From IMG/VR virus record IMGVR_UViG_3300010151_000010, positions 1 through 64,000 of that record: 64,000 bases of DNA. One strand, 5' to 3'. The notes below the pieces were generated by a model. The model did not search any database and was not told the origin of the DNA. It worked only from the letters and a program-made list of their open reading frames with translations. A program made the position numbers and the translations under genes. The stretch's first letter is position 1. Every line of letters starts with the position of its first letter. The DNA is from a virus (lineage: Duplodnaviria > Caudoviricetes). This document shows, piece after piece, positions 37,301 through 45,066 of the stretch.

Positions 37301-38824
37301 CCTCTTGGCAATCATGTCGTCAATCTTGAGGATTGAGGTTGTGACTTCGGTTGCGCTCAGAACTGCTTGTCTAACCAACGATACAGGCTCCATCACGTTA
37401 TTGTCTAACATCGAGACGATGCCCTCATGCTCTAAATCCGGCCCCATATCAGTCACCCCGTCTTGTATAGAGTGTCTGAGTGCAAGGATGCAGTCGAGGG
37501 GGTCTTGGCCCCCATTCTCCGCTATCGTGGCTGGAATTATCTCCAACGAGTCAGCAAATGCTTCTATCGCCATCTGCGCTCTTCCCGACACTGAAGCGGC
37601 TTCGGAACGAAGATGGGATGCCATAGCCGCGTATGTGCTACCGCCTCCCGGCACTACACTGTCGCCATTCTTCACCAATGATACTACACCGAGCGCATCA
37701 TCAAATCCTCGCTCTATCTCATCGAGTGTAGTGGTGGTTGCACCTCGCAATACAAGCGTGGATTGGTCTGAATCAACCACTCCTTGCACGAAAATGTAAT
37801 TCACATCATAATGTCGCTCTTTGTGGACCTTTGCCTGTGCGGCGCATTCTATGTCCGAAGGGGTCTGAGCCACTGAAAGGCCAAGAGTCGCTGAGAGCGC
37901 ACGCATTGTGCTTTGTGGGAGGTTTCTGATAGTATGGACATTGTTCTTTCGCAGATAGTTTACTACGCTGTCTAACGCACCGTCTCTTACAAAGACCAAA
38001 CCTCCTTCCGGTAAGTGTTCGCTTATCTGTTTCGCTTGCTCCAACACTCCTTCATTGGTGGATGATTTGAATTGTGTATATCCCTGCATATCTAATTGGA
38101 CAGTCACATTGTCTTCTGTCTTCTGTGGCTCAAGCCCTCCATTCAAAAGGACAATGTGTAAATCTCCATTTATCTCGTCTTCAATGACCAAATCTTTATT
38201 GATGATTGCTCCATTGAAGAGATACGAGTCTTTCAGGCTCCCGCCCGGAAGACATAGGACTCTTACTTTCTCGGCATCTCCTGCCTTCTCCACCGCCGAG
38301 ACGCACAGATGCGCTACGGTATCGAGCGCTGCATCAACAGTCTTTCCGGTTATCGCCGTCTTTGCGACTGCGTATTCGGCATGGCTGTTTGTTTCTAAGT
38401 GACTATCACTCACATACGAGTGTTCTGTATTCTTCAAAGCAATTTCATTCATTAGGTAATCCACTGCCATAGTAGCAGCATCGTTGTAGCCTTTACATAC
38501 AACATTAGGGTGAAGCCCTTTATTCAGAAGCGCCGCACTGTTAGTCAACAATTCACCAGCAAGCACAACGGCTGTGGTAGTGCCGTCGTAGCACAGGCTT
38601 TCCTGTGTTTGCGAACACTCGATTATCATCTTCCCAGCGGGATGACTTACGTCGAGTTCACGGAGAATTGTTGCTCCGTCGTTGGTCACGATGGTGTTCC
38701 CACCATCGTCAACCAGCAATTTGTCGCGCCCAAGCGGCCCAAGCGTGGTCTTCACCGTTTTCACAATCGTCTTTACTGCCTCTATGTTGCTTCTTAATGT
38801 CGTTTCACTATCTCCTTCTGTCAT
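37292..38824 (-). CDS. ths: Group II chaperonin (thermosome subunit)
   Basis: TLGPLGRDK, TNDGATIL, DGTTT, VVPGGG, AFADSLEIIP, ILKIDD motifs. Confidence 0.95.
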   Translation of the reverse strand: MTEGDSETTLRSNIEAVKTIVKTVKTTLGPLGRDKLLVDDGGNTIVTNDGATILRELDVSHPAGKMIIECSQTQESLCYDGTTTAVVLAGELLTNSAALLNKGLHPNVVCKGYNDAATMAVDYLMNEIALKNTEHSYVSDSHLETNSHAEYAVAKTAITGKTVDAALDTVAHLCVSAVEKAGDAEKVRVLCLPGGSLKDSYLFNGAIINKDLVIEDEINGDLHIVLLNGGLEPQKTEDNVTVQLDMQGYTQFKSSTNEGVLEQAKQISEHLPEGGLVFVRDGALDSVVNYLRKNNVHTIRNLPQSTMRALSATLGLSVAQTPSDIECAAQAKVHKERHYDVNYIFVQGVVDSDQSTLVLRGATTTTLDEIERGFDDALGVVSLVKNGDSVVPGGGSTYAAMASHLRSEAASVSGRAQMAIEAFADSLEIIPATIAENGGQDPLDCILALRHSIQDGVTDMGPDLEHEGIVSMLDNNVMEPVSLVRQAVLSATEVTTSILKIDDMIAKRGE

Positions 38825-38994
38825 TTTTCTTCCCCCTGTAATCTTTCTAAGTCCTCTTCAAAGCACTCTTGAGTGCAATATCCTACTGTAAATCCAATCT
38901 CACTATTTGATGGCTTGTCGCAAACCCAACAGAAAAACAATATGTTGGCTCCTTCGGGAATAACTTCGTGTAGTAGGAATCCTTCATCATCCAT
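38821..38994 (-). CDS. 57-aa zinc-finger microprotein
   Basis: Hand translation ...CWVCDKP...GYCTQEC...; ATGA overlap with the chaperonin start. Confidence 0.6.
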   Translation of the reverse strand: MDDEGFLLHEVIPEGANILFFCWVCDKPSNSEIGFTVGYCTQECFEEDLERLQGEEK

Positions 38995-39272
38995 TATTCC
39001 TCTTCCTCCGATGGGTAGTCTTTTTTGATGGGGTTGGCATCTTCCGCTTCGGCTAATATCTCATATGTCTCCTTCAATGTAGCCGGTTTTCGCAAATACG
39101 GATAGCCTACTTCTTCTGCAAGTTTAGATGCTACCCTACTTATGTCGTATAGATTTCTTCCACCCTGTATCATGCTGAACAATATGTCTAATGCTCGCTT
39201 GAGTTTGTAGTTCTCGTCGTCTGTCGTATCGTCTATTTCGGGCAATTCGCCTCTTGGTTTGTATTCTACCAT
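38994..39272 (-). CDS. Hypothetical protein
   Basis: 92-aa ORF in the coupled operon. Confidence 0.6.
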   Translation of the reverse strand: MVEYKPRGELPEIDDTTDDENYKLKRALDILFSMIQGGRNLYDISRVASKLAEEVGYPYLRKPATLKETYEILAEAEDANPIKKDYPSEEEE

Positions 39273-39874
39273 CCTATCTCAACCTCCACTATGTCTCCGG
39301 TCTCAAATGACCTTGACTTCAATACACCATTGTCTTTCCCATACTTGTATAGGTCATACGTTAGTTTGGCGTCTTTGAGGCAGTAATCACATACTTCCTC
39401 ATATTTTCCTTCTCTCCAGCCTATGGGCGCATCAACGCTTTTCATGCTCTTGCTTTCTCCCAAATTGTGAGTGGAGAGTGATTGAAGAGATGACTCAAGT
39501 TTACCGTATGATAACGACGCCTTCTGAAAGAGTAGTTTAGTATCAATCACATTCTCAGATTTCTGCATTACATCTCCTATCGCCCAGCAGTCGAGTGACT
39601 GCTTGAGGACAGGAAAGTCGAATCCGATAATGTTGTGACCGAGCATTTTTCCGCCTTTCGTGACGTGGTCGCTTATGTGGTCGCCAAGAACCCTTGGATG
39701 AAGGTCATGTGTTTCACACCCGTCGAGAGTCACGTCTGCTTTCGTGAAGATGTGTCCTTCCGTTCCATTCCATGTGGCTACGACTGATGTGTCGAAGAGG
39801 GCTTTGTTATCCCAACCGCCAATCTCCCATGAGTAATTGCTCGTCTCTATGTCTAATGCCATTATGTCCGTCAT
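39266..39874 (-). CDS. DEDDy 3'-5' exonuclease (RNase H-like fold)
   Basis: ALDIET, GHNIIGFD, YCLKD; start MTDIMAL at 39874. Confidence 0.85.
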   Translation of the reverse strand: MTDIMALDIETSNYSWEIGGWDNKALFDTSVVATWNGTEGHIFTKADVTLDGCETHDLHPRVLGDHISDHVTKGGKMLGHNIIGFDFPVLKQSLDCWAIGDVMQKSENVIDTKLLFQKASLSYGKLESSLQSLSTHNLGESKSMKSVDAPIGWREGKYEEVCDYCLKDAKLTYDLYKYGKDNGVLKSRSFETGDIVEVEIGW

Positions 39875-40005
39875 TCCTGCATCATCTCCCTTGGGTATGC
39901 TGCACACATACATAGTTCGAGTTCATACTCTCCATCAACATTTTGGTAGCATACTACACCGCGCCCTTTGCATTCGACGCACTTCTTATGCTTTCTTACT
40001 GACAT
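39871..40005 (-). CDS. 44-aa microprotein with CxxCxGxG motif
   Basis: Hand translation MSVRKHKKCVECKGRG...LCMC...; ATGA overlap with the exonuclease. Confidence 0.55.
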   Translation of the reverse strand: MSVRKHKKCVECKGRGVVCYQNVDGEYELELCMCAAYPREMMQE

Positions 40006-41398
40006 TCTTGAACTCCTCCTTCAGTCGCACATACCCTGTAGTGCCATCTTTAGCATTATCATACAATTTCACTGCCCATTTCGCATAGTGAGCGTAGCCT
40101 GTGCCACGAGTGACTCCTGTTTGTGATAGGTAAGCGCCAATTACTCCGTTCTTTTTGCGCCATCCGTCGCCCTTGTTCCCAAGTTCCACAGACTCGGTGG
40201 CTTGGTAAGCCACTATCCACTTGTTCCTTTGTGTTGCTCTTTCAGCCACTTTCGGTCCAATCTCGACTTCACCTTCAAGCCACTGTATGAGATTCTTGAA
40301 TAGGTCATACAGAATCTCCGTTGCCATATCCACGTGGTCGCCCGTCACAATCCATTCATTATCCAGCATAGCCATGTGCGTCGATAGGATAGCCGTGTAG
40401 TTCTCCATAGCGGGTATGAAGGATGCCACTACATCGCTGATGCCCGGTCCTAATCCATCCATCAATTCGTAGTAGTCGTCTATCGAACCAGCAAGTGCGG
40501 CATAGAATGTTCCCTCATCTGCACTGAACATCTCAGTCATACAATCCTGTAATATGGTTTCTTGCTCCGCTCTCGACATGGCATCCCATTCAACGAAGGA
40601 GGTTTCCGTGAGTTCAAGCACCTTGTCTCTTAATCTCTTTTCCAATGAGACGAAGTATTCCACTATCTCATCGTAAGACACTTTCATTTTAGGCACGCTT
40701 TTGTAGCACTTTTCCGCTCTCATTTGACTGACGTTTTTCCTTCTATCCATGCTCCAATTCGACCAATATAGCAGAACTCGTTGGAAGATTCCTTTCGTCA
40801 ACACATATTCCTTGACGCCAGCAGGTGGATATGTGGTAATCCACAGTGATACCAGCGATTCAGTTTCGATTCGTCCTTGTTTAGTATGCTTGACGAGGAC
40901 GTTATTGTTGCTTCCAACCGGATTACACGCCGATTGAAGATACAGAACCGTCTCTTGGCTATGCTTGTTTGGATTGAGGATGATTGAACCCTCATCGAAG
41001 TTCAACGCCTTTCGTCCGTTCAAGAAGCCTTCTTTTAATTCGACTTCCTTGTTTCCATCCACCAATGTTTCCTCGAACCCGCCTATCAATCCTGCGTCAG
41101 TTCCTGTGGTATAGAGGTCGGTGGGAATCCCCACGTCCTTCAATACGTCACCTACAAACTCCCATGCGATTGACTTACCCGTTCTGCTTGACTGAATCCA
41201 AAACGAATGCACACGTGGGTCCAAGTGGGTTGCCCCCCAAGGTATACGCACGTATGGCACTGCTAATTGGCCCTGCACAAAGAAGAACGATAGCATCGCT
41301 GGTATATCGTTGTCCATTGATATGTTCCCAAAGTGCTTGACGTAGCCGTCAAACACGGAGAACTTCTTCACTGCTTCATATTCACTTGCTTTCTTCAT
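39986..41398 (-). CDS. MCM-like AAA+ ATPase, putative replicative helicase
   Basis: Walker A SRTGKS, TTGTDAGLIG, Walker B LNFDE, arginine-finger-like GIFQR. Confidence 0.7.
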   Translation of the reverse strand: MKKASEYEAVKKFSVFDGYVKHFGNISMDNDIPAMLSFFFVQGQLAVPYVRIPWGATHLDPRVHSFWIQSSRTGKSIAWEFVGDVLKDVGIPTDLYTTGTDAGLIGGFEETLVDGNKEVELKEGFLNGRKALNFDEGSIILNPNKHSQETVLYLQSACNPVGSNNNVLVKHTKQGRIETESLVSLWITTYPPAGVKEYVLTKGIFQRVLLYWSNWSMDRRKNVSQMRAEKCYKSVPKMKVSYDEIVEYFVSLEKRLRDKVLELTETSFVEWDAMSRAEQETILQDCMTEMFSADEGTFYAALAGSIDDYYELMDGLGPGISDVVASFIPAMENYTAILSTHMAMLDNEWIVTGDHVDMATEILYDLFKNLIQWLEGEVEIGPKVAERATQRNKWIVAYQATESVELGNKGDGWRKKNGVIGAYLSQTGVTRGTGYAHYAKWAVKLYDNAKDGTTGYVRLKEEFKNVSKKA

Positions 41399-41502
41399 TT
41401 TCTTTTCTCTCCCCTTTTCTCCTGTCCGAGTATTCCTTCGTCCCGTCTATACACTCGTATTTAATTCTCCCTGTTTAGACATTACTTCGGAATAATCGTA
41501 TT

Positions 41503-41525
41503 TACTATCTTCGTTTAAATACCAA
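41503..41525 (-). promoter_or_regulatory. Conserved 23-bp TATA-containing element, copy 1
   Basis: TTGGTATTTAAACGAAGATAGTA on -, upstream of the helicase. Confidence 0.8.
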
Positions 41526-41526
41526 A

Positions 41527-42207
41527 TCAATTGAACACCTTCCTTTCGACGTGAACAGGAGATTCGCTAGTTAATGCCTTGATGATTTTCTTTGCTGACT
41601 TGTCGCCCAACCCTTTCACCTTCTTGAGTGAGTCTAAGAAAAGCATCTCTTCAATAGAGCCACATTCCTTGAGTAATCTATCAGCCATGACTGAACCTAT
41701 GCCGGGTATGCACAGAAGTATGTCCTTCCGCACATCGTTTGTGCTGACCCTACGTATTCCCTGTGCGCCATGTTGAGACGCTGGCTTGTGGAGTTTGTTG
41801 TGTAGTTTCACCACGAATGAGGCGGCTTCACTGACGTTTGGAGTAAACAAGACTTGGCAGTCAAAATCTGCCATAGTGCGCGCTATGAGTCCTACCATCT
41901 TACTTTGGATGCGGCTGTATGAATGCTTCTTGTTCATTTTGACGTAGGCTGATATACTGCCGTGTATCAATAAGAAGAAGCGTTCGTAATTAGCATCCAT
42001 GTTATCCAATTGCTTCCACAGGTGTCCGGTGTCGCAAGAATGGAGGAAGTCGCTAACCGATTTGGCTTCGATGCACGCCGCACCTAACAGGTAGTCGCCA
42101 ACCACAAGCGTCTTTCTTTCAACACACAAGCCTGCATTTTCGGCCTTGCGTATCACGGATTCGCATAATTTGCCTCTCTCGTTGGTGTCTATGAATAAGT
42201 CAGTCAT
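41527..42207 (-). CDS. xpf: XPF/ERCC4 structure-specific nuclease with tandem HhH
   Basis: IDTNE, GDY, IEAKSVSDF, IPGIG, VKGLG; start MTDLFID. Confidence 0.9.
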   Translation of the reverse strand: MTDLFIDTNERGKLCESVIRKAENAGLCVERKTLVVGDYLLGAACIEAKSVSDFLHSCDTGHLWKQLDNMDANYERFFLLIHGSISAYVKMNKKHSYSRIQSKMVGLIARTMADFDCQVLFTPNVSEAASFVVKLHNKLHKPASQHGAQGIRRVSTNDVRKDILLCIPGIGSVMADRLLKECGSIEEMLFLDSLKKVKGLGDKSAKKIIKALTSESPVHVERKVFN

Positions 42208-42211
42208 CCGT

Positions 42212-42427
42212 TCACCTCCTGTGCATCGCACACATATTCTTTTTTGATTCGGGAAGACGTCTAAGTTTGCACCTCTTCCCTTTCGCAGTTAAGGCGATGC
42301 AACGGTCTTCATCCTTTGGATAATTGAAACAAGGCTGACATAATTTTCTGAATGAGTATTTTCCATTCACTTTTCTTTGGGGGTTCCTATGGCTTAACTT
42401 GGCGCCACATTCACTACACTCTCTCAT
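42212..42427 (-). CDS. Double zinc-finger small protein
   Basis: CSEC...CQPC plus CIALTAKGKRC...CAMH. Confidence 0.65.
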   Translation of the reverse strand: MRECSECGAKLSHRNPQRKVNGKYSFRKLCQPCFNYPKDEDRCIALTAKGKRCKLRRLPESKKNMCAMHRR

Positions 42428-43527
42428 AGCAAATCCTCCGCAGTTCCATCGTAATACTTGCATTTACCTGCACACAGGCCTTCTTGCATCAAAGTTTCAC
42501 AACGTGCGTGAGCATAACCCTTGAACACTATGCTCTCGACTTGGGTTCTCGTTATGTTTTCGTTCCAATCGACCCATCCTTGCTCCGAGCATATCTGCAC
42601 AATCTGCTCAACGTGCTTCGGCAAGTCTTCTTTCGGCACATTATCAATCGGAAAGAACCAACGAAGCCTGTCTGCGAGATAGGACGCGAGATGGTATCTC
42701 GCTCTATGTGTTGGATTACCGGCTCCAAGAGCCGCTTGGACTATACAAGGCAGAACTTTGATTGAGCCTAACGAGACTGTGGGTAAATCAGATACATTCT
42801 TTCGCTCTTTCTTGCTAAAGGCATTATTCTTCTTAGGCAGAATGAGTTTGAGTGGTTTGCTTCCTTGAGCGATGTAGCCACGTCTGTAATCCTGTGCTAT
42901 TTCGTAAATAGTCTCGAAATCTAAGGACATGAGTTCATCACTTTCAATCGGTATAACCCAACACCCTCTCTTTGCGTTGTAGGAGTTAGGGATGCGTATC
43001 ATTCCCGCAAGGTCGAATGCAACAGTAGGGTCGTTGCATGAGAGGTTGAGGTTATCATGCCAGCGCTTCATTAGCCTCCTTCCGGCACTTTTGATTCTCG
43101 TCACCTCCAATCCGTCTATTGGTAGGAATGTTTCAGATAAAGGAATATAGATGTGAAATCCACCTCCTGTGAAGAAGATGTAGTGTTGGTAGCCATTGTC
43201 CAACAGATGTTTGTGAAGCCGTTGCACTTGTTCCTGCATGAAGGAGAAATCAACATCAACACCTCCATTCTTGAAGTCCTTGCAGTCGAAGTCCATTACA
43301 AAGTGTCTGACTATTGCAGTATTGTATTCGACTCTATGGTGCTTGGGTGCTTGGGTGCTTCGATACCCATATGCGGTATGATACGCATTACCAGACCCGT
43401 TCTTTCCTTTCCAATACTTCTCCAACGCTTCCCAATCGCGGACGATATAACGCCCACCATGCTTACCGCTCGAACTCACTTCGAGGACTTCTCTTGGGAA
43501 GTCGCGTATCAATGACGCAAACGCCAT
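42424..43527 (-). CDS. Archaeo-eukaryotic primase, PriS fused to the PriL Fe-S domain
   Basis: MDFD, TGGGFH, IRIPNSYN, then LPCI...H.ARY.LASY...RCETL...LC...C. Confidence 0.88.
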   Translation of the reverse strand: MAFASLIRDFPREVLEVSSSGKHGGRYIVRDWEALEKYWKGKNGSGNAYHTAYGYRSTQAPKHHRVEYNTAIVRHFVMDFDCKDFKNGGVDVDFSFMQEQVQRLHKHLLDNGYQHYIFFTGGGFHIYIPLSETFLPIDGLEVTRIKSAGRRLMKRWHDNLNLSCNDPTVAFDLAGMIRIPNSYNAKRGCWVIPIESDELMSLDFETIYEIAQDYRRGYIAQGSKPLKLILPKKNNAFSKKERKNVSDLPTVSLGSIKVLPCIVQAALGAGNPTHRARYHLASYLADRLRWFFPIDNVPKEDLPKHVEQIVQICSEQGWVDWNENITRTQVESIVFKGYAHARCETLMQEGLCAGKCKYYDGTAEDLL

Positions 43528-43528
43528 A

Positions 43529-43870
43529 TTACTCAGCCATATCCTTGTATCTTCGATGGATTTTTACTGCTAAGGACGCTGGCCCTTCGGGAAACAAGTT
43601 CTTCTCAGTATACGTAAATGCGCGCTTGTCTATCACAACGTCAAGAACGTGAAAATACGGAACTTCTGCGTTCTCTTCGGTGTAATAATCAAGCGTCATC
43701 TGCTTGGTTAATTGGGCCTTGAAATCTCCCGTTCCCAACATACCGTAAGTTACATTCACTTCCATATTCTTATCCTCTCCCTTCAACATCTCAGACAAAA
43801 TGTTTGCCGTTCTATTTACTTTTTCTTTCAGTTCACTCTTCTTCATTCTCATATTCGTTTCCTCCTTCAT
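43529..43870 (-). CDS. Hypothetical protein with a PIP-like motif
   Basis: QMTLDYY; within the replication operon; start uncertain. Confidence 0.6.
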   Translation of the reverse strand: MKEETNMRMKKSELKEKVNRTANILSEMLKGEDKNMEVNVTYGMLGTGDFKAQLTKQMTLDYYTEENAEVPYFHVLDVVIDKRAFTYTEKNLFPEGPASLAVKIHRRYKDMAE

Positions 43871-44939
43871 TCATTCCCCAAGCCGGACACAGTTCCATAA
43901 ACGAACAGTAAGAGCAATTTGTCATTGTCTCTCCATTAGGTGTTCTCCATTCTCGTATTTTAGGTTCAAATGAATCATATAGGTGCCCTTTCACAAGGTT
44001 CTGTATTTTTCTCATCGCAGTTCGAGGGGCGAATTGTGTCTTTCGTGTTCCGGTTTCTTCTAATTCCCATTCTGCTCTATCGCCTCCGTTCACATATCCT
44101 CTTGGGAACTCCCAAGCCCAATGTGTGATAGGAAGGAAATCACTGTATTCTCCTTCTTCAAGCATCATTCTGTAAATCTGCATTTCCACTCTCATCTTAG
44201 TGGCAGTCTTCTTCTCTCGCCATTTACCTGTCTTAAGTTCCATCAGTATGAATCCGCCCTCTCCATCCGAGAAGATGGTATCAATGAATCCTCGGAGATG
44301 GACAGGATATTTTTCGCCATCCACTTCCACCATAACGACGCCGTGCGCTGATACTTCGTTTCCTACAGGCATCCAATCCATCATATCCATATCAGGAGTG
44401 GAGCAGACGAGAAATCTATCCCACTGCCAATCAAACCATTTTCGTATGACTACTTCTTCTCCAAATTGATATGGGAGTGGAGGTGTAGGTATCACTTGCC
44501 ACAGAATATCCTTCGCAAGCATTTTCTTCCCTTCTTTTAGCAAGGCGCTGGCGACCTCAAGCGGAGTGCTATCGTCCGTTTTCTGATTCTGCGGACACGT
44601 CTCGTCGTAGCGATTGTGGTTCAGATTGTTGCAGATACATTCTGGCTCATGGGGAGGCTCATCCACGTTATCCCAGAAATACTCGACTATGCTATGCACG
44701 TTCGTTCCACGAATCATATCGTCGTTTTCTGGCTCGGAGAGGCGATAGATGTGCTTGAGTTTGTATTGATGAGGACACCAATCATAGTCGTTGATAGACG
44801 ATTTACTTGCCCTCAGTATCATATCCTTCATGTCGGGTGTCCAATTATAGCACGACCTGTTGTATGATTCAAGCAGTTTCGGCGTATGCGCTTCAGTGCG
44901 CCGCTCGAAGAAAGCCTCTTCATTCGGATTAAACTTCAT
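43833..44939 (-). CDS. Cas4/AddB-like PD-(D/E)XK exonuclease with Fe-S staple
   Basis: S.SSI..Y.WCP, GTNVH, LRGFID, ELKTG, QIY, CSYCSFMELCP. Confidence 0.88.
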   Translation of the reverse strand: MKFNPNEEAFFERRTEAHTPKLLESYNRSCYNWTPDMKDMILRASKSSINDYDWCPHQYKLKHIYRLSEPENDDMIRGTNVHSIVEYFWDNVDEPPHEPECICNNLNHNRYDETCPQNQKTDDSTPLEVASALLKEGKKMLAKDILWQVIPTPPLPYQFGEEVVIRKWFDWQWDRFLVCSTPDMDMMDWMPVGNEVSAHGVVMVEVDGEKYPVHLRGFIDTIFSDGEGGFILMELKTGKWREKKTATKMRVEMQIYRMMLEEGEYSDFLPITHWAWEFPRGYVNGGDRAEWELEETGTRKTQFAPRTAMRKIQNLVKGHLYDSFEPKIREWRTPNGETMTNCSYCSFMELCPAWGMNEGGNEYENEEE

Positions 44940-45061
44940 TCAGAACACCCCTCACATCTCATATTGGTGAATGGTTTTCGACAGTTTGGACAAGTAGGCG
45001 CTCCATTTACCATATAGGTCGTAGTAAACCCATGCCATCCACATACACATTGCGATAACAT
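44936..45061 (-). CDS. 41-aa zinc-ribbon microprotein
   Basis: CVCG...CPNC...CEGC; SD GGTGAT before ATG at 45061. Confidence 0.6.
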   Translation of the reverse strand: MLSQCVCGWHGFTTTYMVNGAPTCPNCRKPFTNMRCEGCSE

Positions 45062-45066
45062 TTCAA

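Noticed and set aside
41399-41502. Replication origin or structured RNA upstream of the helicase
   Set aside because: Only a weak, bulged hairpin and no iterons; more simply a 5' leader
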